From a virus (lineage: Duplodnaviria > Caudoviricetes): DNA of 64,000 nucleotides. Location of the stretch: IMG/VR virus record IMGVR_UViG_3300020576_005098, positions 23,264 through 87,263 of that record; one strand, given 5' to 3'. Within the stretch, counting starts at the first letter, position 1; each line of letters starts with the position of its first letter. The notes below the pieces were generated by a model. That model did no database searches. It was not told the DNA's origin and saw only the letters and a program-made list of their open reading frames with translations. The position numbers were made by a program, and so were the translations under genes. Of the stretch, positions 1 through 9,908 are shown one piece after another.

Positions 1-768
1 TTTCTCGGTGAGAATTTTGTCGTTTGAAAACTCATGAAGACTTGCAGCCAGGGTTTTTGAAAACCTTGTTTTGACAGCAGAAAGACTTTCCAACAAAGCA
101 CGTCTGGAGTTTTCGTCTTCCTTCGCAAACACAAAGAGGTTGATAATGTTTTTCTGCTCTGGATTCAGGTGAGCATATTTCGCATTAACTTTTTCGGTCA
201 TGATGCTGATGACGAGTTTGTCTATGTCACCTTCAGTCATGTTTGTTGCGGCTTCTGTCAAAGAAACTGTCGGTTGTTTGTTAGACTCCAGCATCCACTC
301 AACCAAGCGGTTTTCCAATTCAACCGTTTCTGCAACCAAGGAAACCGATTCCGTTAGGGCTTGATCTCTCCAGGTGTTCAGAAGAACTTGAATTGTTGCA
401 AGCTTTTTATACTCGACAATGTTCTCATCGAAAAAGCTTGGGCAGTTGAGCTTGTTTGTCACTTCAAGAACAAGTGCTGCCTTTTCCAGATCAAGTCTCG
501 CTTGGCTTTGGTACTTGACAGAACCCCTAACCCTTTCAATCAAATGATAAGCTTGTTCCGGGGTTTTTACGTTGGCCTCTGACAGCGCCTTGATCAGCTT
601 CAATTCCTTGAAAATGTCTGTGGAAGGATTGAAACTTTTCTTCAAAAGCACTTTGGCTTTTTGGAGGTCGGAGTCTCTCCCATCCAGCACAGCTTTGCCA
701 ATGTATCGAACAAAGAACTCATACAGGAGTCCAGTGTTCCGCTTCTTATTGTGCTTGAGTTTTTGCAT
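1..768 (-). CDS. conserved phage hypothetical protein downstream of portal (partial, runs off window)
   Basis: Manually translated; open frame from ATG at 768 to base 1 (MQKLKHNKKRNTGLLYEFFVRY...). Absent from the ORF track because the stop lies outside the window. Confidence 0.7.
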   Translation of the reverse strand, partial: MQKLKHNKKRNTGLLYEFFVRYIGKAVLDGRDSDLQKAKVLLKKSFNPSTDIFKELKLIKALSEANVKTPEQAYHLIERVRGSVKYQSQARLDLEKAALVLEVTNKLNCPSFFDENIVEYKKLATIQVLLNTWRDQALTESVSLVAETVELENRLVEWMLESNKQPTVSLTEAATNMTEGDIDKLVISIMTEKVNAKYAHLNPEQKNIINLFVFAKEDENSRRALLESLSAVKTRFSKTLAASLHEFSNDKILTEK

Positions 769-791
769 GGTCTAAATGCGGATAACTAGAA

Positions 792-2876
792 CTATTCGCC
801 TGAATTCGTAGGATCTGGTTCACCAGCCAACCCGAGCAACTCGTTCATCATATCCTCTTCTTCTGTTCCAACTCCTTGGATCCCTTTCTGGTTATCCTCC
901 ACACCCTCAGACATAATCACTTCATTCCCAGGGTTTTTCACTCTCAGCGCCTCAGCCAACCCCCTCAAAGAAGATTGCAACTCTTTTGGAAGACGCTTTC
1001 CAATTCTCCTTGCCTTCTTCTCTTCTTCCTCCAACATAAACTTCCTGGTTCCAGCGATGTCATAGGGATCCTTGGAATATCTGTTGCCCGTAATGTCCAA
1101 CATGCTCTTGAAATCTGGAAGAGAGAGAGCACGGTTGCCGGTGAATTCTTTACTACCCCCTCTATCCCGCTTAAACGCCTTATCCAGGCTGGGTGTTGGG
1201 TTGAACTTAATCGGGGTGCTTCCACCCTTTTGAACGCCCTGGTTAATCCCCTGGGTGCCTTTACGGGCCTCCTCTCTTGCCTTGGCAATGGCAGCCTGAT
1301 GCTTCCGTTCCATTTCTTGGTTTTCAATTTCCAGACTTCTGACTTCTTTTTGATCAGGAGCAAATGGAGAAGATGGAACCTCGTAGTTTGCTTTGTCAAA
1401 GATATCGACACTACTCTCCATGCTTTTATCAAACACCGGGTTCTCCAAAATCATCTTCAACTCAGCAATTCTAAGTTGATCCTGCTTGGCTTCTTGCCAA
1501 ATGGTGTTCATTTCCTCTGGTCGGAGACCAAGAATCTCTCTCTGAATCCAAGGGAAAGAAAGAATACCCGTCTCTTTGCCTATCTCCAAAGCTTTGGAGG
1601 CTGTTTCGATTTTACTGGAAATCAGTGCGAGTTTTTGTTGGACTGCGACGGTGGAGGGGTTGGAGAATTTCAGTTCAAAGTTGAGAAGATCATCTCCACT
1701 GAATCCAAGTGAGTAAAGATGAATCATTGCGAGTTTTTCGAGTTCAGCAACAATGATTTTTTGAAGGTGGGCAATCGTTCTTGAAAACCGAATGTCTTCT
1801 TGGGCGAGTGTTGCTTTACTTGAGATTGCTTCGTCGTATGTCAAATAAGCTCTTGGAACCATCAAAGCAGCAATGAGTTTCTTGTGAATGAACTCAATGT
1901 CTTCGATGGCTGTTGCGTTTGTAGCACCAGCCAACGATTCAATTTTTGTTAGGCTGTTTGGTCTTGCTGGAAGGTAGTAATCTTCATCAATAGCAAGAGG
2001 GTTGTAGCGAAAATCTTGTCTGCCTTGTTGTTGTTCAATGACAGAAGTGCCCTTCATTGATTCTTTAACGGCTTCCATGTAGGAAGGAATATCATTCGGC
2101 TGAATTGCAGTGACATCAACATAAAAGACCCTCCGCTCTGGTGAACGAACAAGTCGGTAAACCAACATAGAATCTTCCATCATAATGAGTTGACGGAATG
2201 GCCTTCTGGCACTCTCCAGAAAACTTGTTCCATATGGCAAGAACAAATCATTCCCCAGAATCCTGAAGTGAAGCATTTGCCAGTTTTCCAAATACTTTCC
2301 ACCTCTTGAAACAAGTCTAAATCTCACCGCATAAGGATCGTTGCGATCAAACCCTTCTTCTCTTTCCACTTCATTAACAGGAAGAGGTTCACAGTTGATC
2401 ACTCCATAGTTCGGAACAACCTCAACATACATGAAGTAATCTCCATTCTTGACGAGGTTCCGGATCATCCTTCTGCCGTTGAACTCAATGTTCATTACAT
2501 CATAGAAGAGTTCTTCCAGAGCCTTTTGAACTTGTTGGTTGTCACTATAAATGTGGAAAGTGTTTCCGTTTTCGTCCGAGGCACAACTTTCATCAGCATA
2601 GATGTTTAGTGCGGTTGCAATGTCTGGAAAGTTCTCCATTTCGGCAAACTCGGCGTATCGACTCATGCGATCAAGAACGCCGTAGGCACCAAGAACAGAG
2701 AATGGCGAAGCTTCTTTCTTGAAGCCAGAGGCGCCATAATAACCAAGGTTGTTTTGGACGACTTGGTTGTCGTAATAGTTTTTGTAGTCTTGTCCCTTAA
2801 CCTTCCGTCTAATTGCTGGGCCTGATCGAAAGAGTCTTGTTAGACGTTGATAGAAGGTTTTTTCTTGCTTTGCCAT
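792..2876 (-). CDS. portal (vertex) protein, T4 gp20-like
   Basis: 694 aa; gp20 motifs HFR, RLVRSPERRVFYVDV, EDYYLP, AALMVP, LAQEDIRF. Confidence 0.92.
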   Translation of the reverse strand: MAKQEKTFYQRLTRLFRSGPAIRRKVKGQDYKNYYDNQVVQNNLGYYGASGFKKEASPFSVLGAYGVLDRMSRYAEFAEMENFPDIATALNIYADESCASDENGNTFHIYSDNQQVQKALEELFYDVMNIEFNGRRMIRNLVKNGDYFMYVEVVPNYGVINCEPLPVNEVEREEGFDRNDPYAVRFRLVSRGGKYLENWQMLHFRILGNDLFLPYGTSFLESARRPFRQLIMMEDSMLVYRLVRSPERRVFYVDVTAIQPNDIPSYMEAVKESMKGTSVIEQQQGRQDFRYNPLAIDEDYYLPARPNSLTKIESLAGATNATAIEDIEFIHKKLIAALMVPRAYLTYDEAISSKATLAQEDIRFSRTIAHLQKIIVAELEKLAMIHLYSLGFSGDDLLNFELKFSNPSTVAVQQKLALISSKIETASKALEIGKETGILSFPWIQREILGLRPEEMNTIWQEAKQDQLRIAELKMILENPVFDKSMESSVDIFDKANYEVPSSPFAPDQKEVRSLEIENQEMERKHQAAIAKAREEARKGTQGINQGVQKGGSTPIKFNPTPSLDKAFKRDRGGSKEFTGNRALSLPDFKSMLDITGNRYSKDPYDIAGTRKFMLEEEEKKARRIGKRLPKELQSSLRGLAEALRVKNPGNEVIMSEGVEDNQKGIQGVGTEEEDMMNELLGLAGEPDPTNSGE

Positions 2877-2893
2877 GTTGTTTACTTATCCAT

Positions 2894-3262
2894 ATGCCTT
2901 TGTCAGAACTAGCAAAAGACAGAATCGCATACGTTGCAGCGTATGTGCAGGATTCCATTACCGATTGGTTCGTCCTAAAGATCGAGATTATCAGGGCGTT
3001 TGGTAGAAATGACAGGAAGAAGTTGGGAATGAGCAAGAGACATCCCAGCACTGAGAAGATGTTTGTCAATGAAATAGACAGGGAAATCATGGAGTATTGG
3101 GAGCTACTTACGGGGGTAAAACCCTTTGTAGATGAGACAAAACTGCATGATCCAAATTGGGTTTACAGACCATCTGGATGGAGACTGCCGGAAATCAATG
3201 AAAAACGCAAAGCAGAACGACAAGCGGCCAAGTCTTCGAAAAATCATTCTGGAGCAGGATGA
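2894..3262 (+). CDS. hypothetical protein
   Basis: ORF re-started at ATG 2894 (MPLSELAKD) after TACTTA motif; divergent from portal. Confidence 0.55.
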   Translation: MPLSELAKDRIAYVAAYVQDSITDWFVLKIEIIRAFGRNDRKKLGMSKRHPSTEKMFVNEIDREIMEYWELLTGVKPFVDETKLHDPNWVYRPSGWRLPEINEKRKAERQAAKSSKNHSGAG

Positions 3263-4313
3263 TTACGATTTTGGGGATTACAGTGATTATGGGACTGGAT
3301 ATGGCGGGAGTTATTCCGATTCTTCCACTGAAGGGTCTGGAAAAGGACTTGCGAGGATAACAAGCCGTGAAGCTCTTCCCGGACTTCTCATGTCTCCAGT
3401 GGTTGACGTTGCCAACGCCTTCAAAAAGTTTGGTGCGAAAGTGGGAACGAAGGCGGCTGGAATCGTTGTCTCTACTCTCACACAAGCTATCGCTGCCGTT
3501 ATGCCGTTCAACAATCCCTTGTCAGTAGACTATGTGGATAGAAAGTTTCGTTTCTGGGACACCAAAGCTCTCGCTTTTATTGAGAAACAGTTCCAAAAAG
3601 AAACAGCATTGATGAGGCAAGGTTGGGAGACATTCAAAACGGATTTCTGGGGCTTGGGTTTTGTTGCTTCTCCGTATGATATGGTTGCTGCCGCCATTAC
3701 CGCAGAAAAGGGAATAGACGCCAGTTTGTCCGTTTTGAATGTTATCACTGGCGGATATGTTGATAAGCTGATTGCCAAAGTTTTGAGGGCGAAGGGTGAT
3801 CCTGGAACATTAAAGGGATATATTCAACGCCACAGTTGGGGGCAGCGAGCCCAAGAGTTTGCTGGCAACACATATCATCCAGATGACGAGGAGTACAACC
3901 CTTTCATCAGGGAGTCCACAGGCTCAAACGATTATGATTCCATGCCACTTCCGGAAAAAATCAACATTCTCAAGAAGGAGTTGGGGGAAGAAGAAGCCAA
4001 CAAGGTTCTTGGTGCTGTTGCCAATGATGTAATGAAGAGTCCAGAGGGCGAAGAAGCAGAAAAGAAATGGGTAGCAAAAAATCTTCCTCTGGTTGCTGGG
4101 GGGCTTTTTACGGCTCTTGATAAAGATTTGAGGGCTGGGGTAGTTCCTGGTGTTTCTCTGCCACAGATAAAGCTCTGGAAGCGATCTGCGGGGTCTTTGG
4201 CGCAGAAGGCAGTGATGGATACCATTGCCAAGTCAAAGGTGAAGGTTACTCCTCCCGATGGTGCTCTTGAAGCTGTAAAAACCTTTGTCGATAGAACTGT
4301 AACCAAAGCATAA
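3198..4313 (+). CDS. hypothetical protein, possibly virion-associated
   Basis: 372 codons from ATG 3198; N-terminal LRKIILEQ. Confidence 0.7.
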   Translation: MKNAKQNDKRPSLRKIILEQDDYDFGDYSDYGTGYGGSYSDSSTEGSGKGLARITSREALPGLLMSPVVDVANAFKKFGAKVGTKAAGIVVSTLTQAIAAVMPFNNPLSVDYVDRKFRFWDTKALAFIEKQFQKETALMRQGWETFKTDFWGLGFVASPYDMVAAAITAEKGIDASLSVLNVITGGYVDKLIAKVLRAKGDPGTLKGYIQRHSWGQRAQEFAGNTYHPDDEEYNPFIRESTGSNDYDSMPLPEKINILKKELGEEEANKVLGAVANDVMKSPEGEEAEKKWVAKNLPLVAGGLFTALDKDLRAGVVPGVSLPQIKLWKRSAGSLAQKAVMDTIAKSKVKVTPPDGALEAVKTFVDRTVTKA

Positions 4314-4386
4314 GCTATACAACGTTTTTTCTGTCTTGTTACCATAGGCATGAACATTCCCAACAAGTTTTGGGAAAAGAGGATTT

Positions 4387-4683
4387 ATGCCAAAACGAAG
4401 CAAGAAGCAGAATGAAGATGTAGCGAATGAAATGCCGGAGAACATTGGTGATCTGAAACCAATCGTGGATGAGTTTGTTTCCAGGATGAGAAATCTGGAG
4501 AATGAGGAGCAACTTCTCAGAGAATCAAAGAAGGAACTGATCGAAGAGTATTCATCCAAGTTGGATACCAAGACTTTGAAGATGGCACTGAGAGTTGTTG
4601 ATGTGAAGTCAAAGGTTCAGCACAAACACTATTTTGACTTGTTTCTCCGAGTTTTGGAAGGGGACGTGGACGAACAGTCATGA
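4387..4683 (+). CDS. small helical DNA-binding protein, DUF2312/GapR- or T4 DsbA-like
   Basis: Pattern IVDEFVSRMRNLENEEQLLRESKKELIEEY...LDTKTLKMAL resembles these families; by eye only. Confidence 0.5.
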   Translation: MPKRSKKQNEDVANEMPENIGDLKPIVDEFVSRMRNLENEEQLLRESKKELIEEYSSKLDTKTLKMALRVVDVKSKVQHKHYFDLFLRVLEGDVDEQS

Positions 4684-5171
4684 AAAAGCAACTTCGGAAA
4701 TTGAATTACATCCCAGAGATTTTGTATGAGGCTCCAAGCCGTCCTGGGGAAAAGGTTTCGCCTATTCCTTATGTGGTGATTCCAAAAGACAAGGATATGC
4801 CAGCGGGCATCTACATCATGCGTTATTCTCAAACAGGAGAGTATGAAGTTGGAGATGATGGCAAACCTGATGAGATCATGGATGGACCTTATCCCCACAT
4901 GTTTGTTGACTTCGCCATCCTGGAAGAAGTTATCCATGAAGAGTTCCCAGCGACAAGTTCGGTAGATTCAAGGAAACTGATTGATGCCATTCGTGTTGGT
5001 CTTGGCCTGCTTCCAGCAGCCAAAGCCAAAAAAGAAGGTGAGGCGATGTTGGATCGTGTTGTTCAGGCAGCGAACAAAATTGTTGAAGAGAAGATTGCCA
5101 CACAACAAGAGCGAAAAGAGTTGTACGAGAAGATTATTCTCAATGGCGATGGAGGCGAAAAGGACAAATGA
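4680..5171 (+). CDS. hypothetical protein
   Basis: 163 aa, translationally coupled to neighbours (ATGA overlaps). Confidence 0.65.
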   Translation: MKKQLRKLNYIPEILYEAPSRPGEKVSPIPYVVIPKDKDMPAGIYIMRYSQTGEYEVGDDGKPDEIMDGPYPHMFVDFAILEEVIHEEFPATSSVDSRKLIDAIRVGLGLLPAAKAKKEGEAMLDRVVQAANKIVEEKIATQQERKELYEKIILNGDGGEKDK

Positions 5172-5584
5172 GATTTCATCCGTCAGTTATTGAAAGTATC
5201 ATTCTTGCTTGCAGGAACTACGGAGGCCACGCATCAGAAAAAAAGCTTAGGGATGTGCTGTCTGCAAAGAGATACGCGGCATATTCTGGGGAGCGTTCGG
5301 ATGTTGTTCTCGTAGATGCTGGAGAATATATGAAGGCCGTGATTCAACAGGGACGTGCCGTAACTGGCATGGTTCCAATGGCCCTTCACGCCAATGCTTT
5401 TGAAAAGATCATGTATCTGTTTGATCTTTACTCAGGATATGACAACGAGCAAAAGCTTAGAAACGCTTTGGTTGCGTTGGATTTGACTCCGTATGAGAAA
5501 AAGACGGGTGTTAGCAGCGGCGAAACAATCCTTGTTTTGACAGAAGAATACAATCGAGTTCTTCAAGGGACACCAAAGCGATGA
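5168..5584 (+). CDS. hypothetical protein
   Basis: 138 aa, coupled ORF. Confidence 0.65.
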   Translation: MRFHPSVIESIILACRNYGGHASEKKLRDVLSAKRYAAYSGERSDVVLVDAGEYMKAVIQQGRAVTGMVPMALHANAFEKIMYLFDLYSGYDNEQKLRNALVALDLTPYEKKTGVSSGETILVLTEEYNRVLQGTPKR

Positions 5585-6129
5585 GTTACTCCATAGGCCA
5601 AATCATTTATGTCTTGTCTGAAAAGACACAGGTCGTTCTGCCTGGAATTGTTTGTGAAGAAATCAATCACAAAACGCTGGATGGGGTCAAAACGTCTTAC
5701 CGTGTTGCCATTGGTCCAGCAAACAAACAACGTGTTGTTGATCTTACAACGGTTGATGGTGAGGTCTATGGTGACTTGCAAGAAGTTAGAAACGTTCTCA
5801 TTAGTCGGCTAACAGCCTTCGTTGACAACCTCTGCAACACAACAAACGAGCGTGTTCAACAGTGGTATGGACAAAACAACGGACAAAAATCTCAACCAGC
5901 CACACCAAATGGAAAATTGGATCCAAGCGATCTTATCAACGAGGTTGACTCATCTCAACAGGTTCATCATCAACCAACTCAACAACCAACTCAACCAAGA
6001 ACAGCCCCAGCACACCACGCAAACGCAGCCGGGAGATTCGCTGATCCAGAACTTTTCTCAAGAGAATTTGTAGACAATGATGGTGTCGTGAAAAAAATTC
6101 AAATCAACGTTCCAGGATTCCAAGAATAA
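5581..6129 (+). CDS. hypothetical protein
   Basis: 182 aa, coupled ORF directly upstream of groEL. Confidence 0.7.
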   Translation: MSYSIGQIIYVLSEKTQVVLPGIVCEEINHKTLDGVKTSYRVAIGPANKQRVVDLTTVDGEVYGDLQEVRNVLISRLTAFVDNLCNTTNERVQQWYGQNNGQKSQPATPNGKLDPSDLINEVDSSQQVHHQPTQQPTQPRTAPAHHANAAGRFADPELFSREFVDNDGVVKKIQINVPGFQE

Positions 6130-7865
6130 TGTCAACACCCACAACAACACCGGAAACATTCCCAGTCATGGAAGTCACTTTTGGCCAAGAGGGTTTGAAA
6201 CAAATCCTTGAAGGAGCAGAAGTTCTTTACAAAGCTGTCAAGTCAACAATGGGACCGTCAGGCAACAACGTAATCATCGACAACGGTCAAACTGCTCCAT
6301 TTATCACAAAAGACGGTGTAACAGTAGCAAAAAGCATTCGACTCCGCTCCAAAATACCCAGCATCGGTGCTGAACTCATCAAAGAGATTGCTGGCAAAAC
6401 CAATGAAAATGTTGGGGATGGAACAACTACCAGTGTGGTCTTGGGTTACTCCCTGCTTTTTCAAGGCAACAAAGTAATTTCTGCTGGGCATTCCGCGGTT
6501 GAGGTGAAGCGGGGAATGGATTTGGCAACATCCAAGGTTATTGAATGGCTGAAGGAGCACGCAACCCAAGTCAATGACCCGGAACAAATTGTCAACGTTG
6601 GAACGATTTCTGCAAACGGTGATCGTTCCATCGGAGAACTATTGTCCGAGGCTATTTCCAAAGTCGGTCAGGATGGAATTATCACAATCGAACCTGCCAA
6701 ATCCGTAAAAACAACTCTGGATGTTGTCGAAGGTTTGCAGTTCGAATCTGGATTTGTTTCTCCCTACTTTGTTACAAACCAAGAAAAACTCACTGCTGAG
6801 TTGAATGATCCATTTGTGTTGATCACCAACAGAAAAATCTCCTCCCTTCAGGAAATTCTTCCGGTGTTGGAGTTGACAGCAAACACCAACAAGCCATTGT
6901 TGATTATTGCCGATGAGATCGAGGGTGAAGCTCTTCATACGCTTCTTGTGAACAAAATGAAGGGTGTTGTTTTCTCTTGCGCGGTTAAAGCCCCTTCTTA
7001 TGGAGAAAACCGAACAGATATTCTCTCAGACATTGCTTTGGTCACTGGGGGCAGAGTCTTTGACTCCTCTTCTGAAAAACAAATTCGCCAAGCCAACCTT
7101 CACGACCTTGGAAAGTGCAAGAAGATTATTGTTTCCAAGGGAACAACGACTCTTGTTGTTGACAACAAAGAAAAGAGGAAAGAGATTGACGAGCGAGCAG
7201 AACAACTGAGGGCTCTTCTGAACTCTCATGCTGGTCTCGATGAACTCAAGAGAGATAACACTAAGAAACGACTTGCTAAGCTTTCTGGTGGTATTGCTGT
7301 GATCAAAGTCGGTGGTTCAACAGAAGTCGAAATCTTCGAGAAAAAAGACCGGGTTGATGATGCTTTGAACGCAACCGTTGCTGCCGTTCAAGAAGGAATT
7401 CTTCCTGGTGGAGGAACAGCCTTGTTCTATGCAGCCGAATGGCTCCAAAAAGAAATGACCACAAACGAAGACTTTTTGAAGCTGACTGAGGATGAACTGG
7501 CTGGAGTAAGGGTGGTGATTGATGCTGCTCGACAACCTTTGAAAGTCATCGTCGAAAACACTGGAAAAAGCCCAGATGTTGTGATGAACGAACTTCGAAA
7601 CTACGATAATCGTAAAGCAACAAAGCTCCTTGAAGAAATCTCAGGAAAAACATCGAAGTCGATTGAAGTTGTTGATGTTTCGATCAAAGAGTCATTGGCT
7701 GGAAGATTGCGTCAAGGGTATGATGCTTACAATCATGTTTATGGAGACATGATTGAAAAAGGGATCATTGATCCTTTGAAGGTAGAGAGAAGTGCCTTGG
7801 AATATGCTTGTTCAGTTGTGGGACTTCTCCTGACAACGAACGCGATTGTTGTAACAGATCAATGA
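6129..7865 (+). CDS. groEL: GroEL-like chaperonin
   Basis: [53 protein letters not shown]. Confidence 0.97.
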   Translation: MSTPTTTPETFPVMEVTFGQEGLKQILEGAEVLYKAVKSTMGPSGNNVIIDNGQTAPFITKDGVTVAKSIRLRSKIPSIGAELIKEIAGKTNENVGDGTTTSVVLGYSLLFQGNKVISAGHSAVEVKRGMDLATSKVIEWLKEHATQVNDPEQIVNVGTISANGDRSIGELLSEAISKVGQDGIITIEPAKSVKTTLDVVEGLQFESGFVSPYFVTNQEKLTAELNDPFVLITNRKISSLQEILPVLELTANTNKPLLIIADEIEGEALHTLLVNKMKGVVFSCAVKAPSYGENRTDILSDIALVTGGRVFDSSSEKQIRQANLHDLGKCKKIIVSKGTTTLVVDNKEKRKEIDERAEQLRALLNSHAGLDELKRDNTKKRLAKLSGGIAVIKVGGSTEVEIFEKKDRVDDALNATVAAVQEGILPGGGTALFYAAEWLQKEMTTNEDFLKLTEDELAGVRVVIDAARQPLKVIVENTGKSPDVVMNELRNYDNRKATKLLEEISGKTSKSIEVVDVSIKESLAGRLRQGYDAYNHVYGDMIEKGIIDPLKVERSALEYACSVVGLLLTTNAIVVTDQ

Positions 7866-7874
7866 GAAAAAGTC

Positions 7875-8228
7875 GTGGCTATTGGTGATATTGTAAAAAT
7901 CGGTTTTGGAAGTGCAATTCATGGGATTGCACCGGACAACGTTCCAGTCTACGACTTGGAAAAGGATGCAGGTGGCAATATTCGATTCGATCTAAATGAT
8001 TGTGCTTTTCCTCGTCCAGTTGGAGGAGTGAAGGGTGGAACGGATGGAAAGATCACTGGAATGCCTATCAAAGTGCAGCGTGCCTACGTTGAACGCATGT
8101 CGGGTAATGTAAAGCCCCTTGGCGGCGTGGACTACATCCTACTCTTTCCAGTTCACTTTCTCCAATATCAAAGAGATGCTTATGTCCAACAGGACCATGT
8201 TCATCTTTTTCAGGGAAGGCAGCAATAA
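7875..8228 (+). CDS. hypothetical protein
   Basis: 117 aa ORF in operon context. Confidence 0.6.
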   Translation: MAIGDIVKIGFGSAIHGIAPDNVPVYDLEKDAGGNIRFDLNDCAFPRPVGGVKGGTDGKITGMPIKVQRAYVERMSGNVKPLGGVDYILLFPVHFLQYQRDAYVQQDHVHLFQGRQQ

Positions 8229-8230
8229 AC

Positions 8231-8506
8231 ATGAAGAAATGCAGCTTCTGTAGGATTATCCCAACTTTATTTTACTTGGCTGCCGATGCCTTCCTTTGGT
8301 CTACACATGCACTGTCAGTCAGAACGAATATTGGACTTTCTGTGTTGCTCGCAACATACGGGTTTGCCTACTACACAAAAACCCAGGGAGAACAAGAAGA
8401 AACCGATTTGACAATCAAATTTGTTCGAGAATTGACTTTCGCTCTGGGATGCCTGACCGCCATTCGCATCATGCTCTTGATTGGCTCCCTCAACAACATC
8501 TCTTAG
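8231..8506 (+). CDS. small membrane protein
   Basis: 91 aa with three hydrophobic segments. Confidence 0.55.
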   Translation: MKKCSFCRIIPTLFYLAADAFLWSTHALSVRTNIGLSVLLATYGFAYYTKTQGEQEETDLTIKFVRELTFALGCLTAIRIMLLIGSLNNIS

Positions 8507-8580
8507 TTTCCTTACAATCCTTCCTTGGATCCCTCTTCTGGTTATCTTCCACAAGGCAAGGATCATGCCAACGAGAAAAC

Positions 8581-8850
8581 ATGTTAAAACCAATCACTGA
8601 GCAAGAACGTGCCGCCTTCACCCTCAAGTTCCAGTTTGAAAAAGCTGTTGAAGAACTTCTTTTGGAAGCAATTGATGCTGGATACCAGGGTTATCTCGAT
8701 GTTTGGCCTGAAATTTCCAAGTCCAAGTCCTCCGAAGTCCGTATGGAAGTCAAATCCAAAAAGGTTTCATTGCTAGTTGCCTCCAAGTCCCATCCGGATT
8801 GTGCTCGTTATCACGTTGTTCCCAGCAAGGGATACAAGCGAATCTCCTAA
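8581..8850 (+). CDS. hypothetical protein
   Basis: Re-started at ATG 8581 (MLKPITEQ). Confidence 0.55.
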   Translation: MLKPITEQERAAFTLKFQFEKAVEELLLEAIDAGYQGYLDVWPEISKSKSSEVRMEVKSKKVSLLVASKSHPDCARYHVVPSKGYKRIS

Positions 8851-8894
8851 CTGCTGGATTCCTAGTAAAACTGATGTTAGCTCCTGGCGTGAAC

Positions 8895-9908
8895 ATGCAC
8901 ACCCAAGGGCAAGCCATAGCATTCATTGAACGACTGTTTGGTCCAGCGAAGCTGACCAATGGTGGTCTCAATGCCAATGTTCATTGCCCCGTCTGTGCCG
9001 ACCCAGACCCAAACAAAAAGAAGTTGGCAATCAGGACGGATTGCTGGCTCACCAAATGTTGGGTTTGTGGTTTTAAGTCCAAGACAATCTATCCCCTCAT
9101 TCGGCGCTATAAGCCCGAATACGGCGAGGAATTTCTTGTAACGCTAAATGGTGCGTCCCTGGTATCGGAAGCCGAGGATAATGCCTCCAGGCTCGATTAC
9201 GGAGCATCTATTTCACTCCCCATTGGCTTCCAACTTCTTGCTGAATGGTTTGATCAAAAAACCAAAGGAGATGTTCCTCTTCACATTCGACAAGCACTGA
9301 GGTATCTCACAACGGAAAGAAAATTGTCAGAACGAGATCTTTGGTATTTCAAGCTGGGAGTTACCAGTGTTGACGAGGACTATAAAAACAGAATCATCAT
9401 TCCTTCTCATGACCAAGAAGGTAATTTGAATTTCTTCACGGCAAGGGGTTACAAACCTTTCGTCAAACCAAAATACTTCAATCCATTTTTTAGGAGGGAG
9501 ACAGCGGTGTTCAATGAAATCAACATTGACTGGGAAGACGAACTCACAATTGTTGAAGGTCCATTTGACATGTTCAAGGTTAATGACAATGCCACTTGTT
9601 TGCTGGGCAAGGAATTGACAATCCAGTGTGCCTTGTTTCAACAGATCGTTAAGCACAACACCAAAGTTCTTTTGTGCTTGGACAACGATGCAATCAAACA
9701 AACCCTGGAGATAGCTAAACTGCTTTATTCGTATGGTATTTCTGTCAGAGTGATGGAGTTACCAGAGGGTCTGAAAGATCCTGGGGATTTGAGTTCGAGA
9801 GAAGAGTTTCAATTGTTGGTTGAAACCAATACCGTTGAGTACAACGAGATGTACTCGCTAAGAAAGAAAGTAGACAACACAAATGCCAAGAATCGCCTTT
9901 TTGTCTGA
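8895..9908 (+). CDS. DNA primase (Zn finger + TOPRIM)
   Basis: CPVC...CWVC zinc finger, RIIIP, IVEGPFD, LDNDA, KDPGD; start moved to ATG 8895. Confidence 0.85.
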   Translation: MHTQGQAIAFIERLFGPAKLTNGGLNANVHCPVCADPDPNKKKLAIRTDCWLTKCWVCGFKSKTIYPLIRRYKPEYGEEFLVTLNGASLVSEAEDNASRLDYGASISLPIGFQLLAEWFDQKTKGDVPLHIRQALRYLTTERKLSERDLWYFKLGVTSVDEDYKNRIIIPSHDQEGNLNFFTARGYKPFVKPKYFNPFFRRETAVFNEINIDWEDELTIVEGPFDMFKVNDNATCLLGKELTIQCALFQQIVKHNTKVLLCLDNDAIKQTLEIAKLLYSYGISVRVMELPEGLKDPGDLSSREEFQLLVETNTVEYNEMYSLRKKVDNTNAKNRLFV

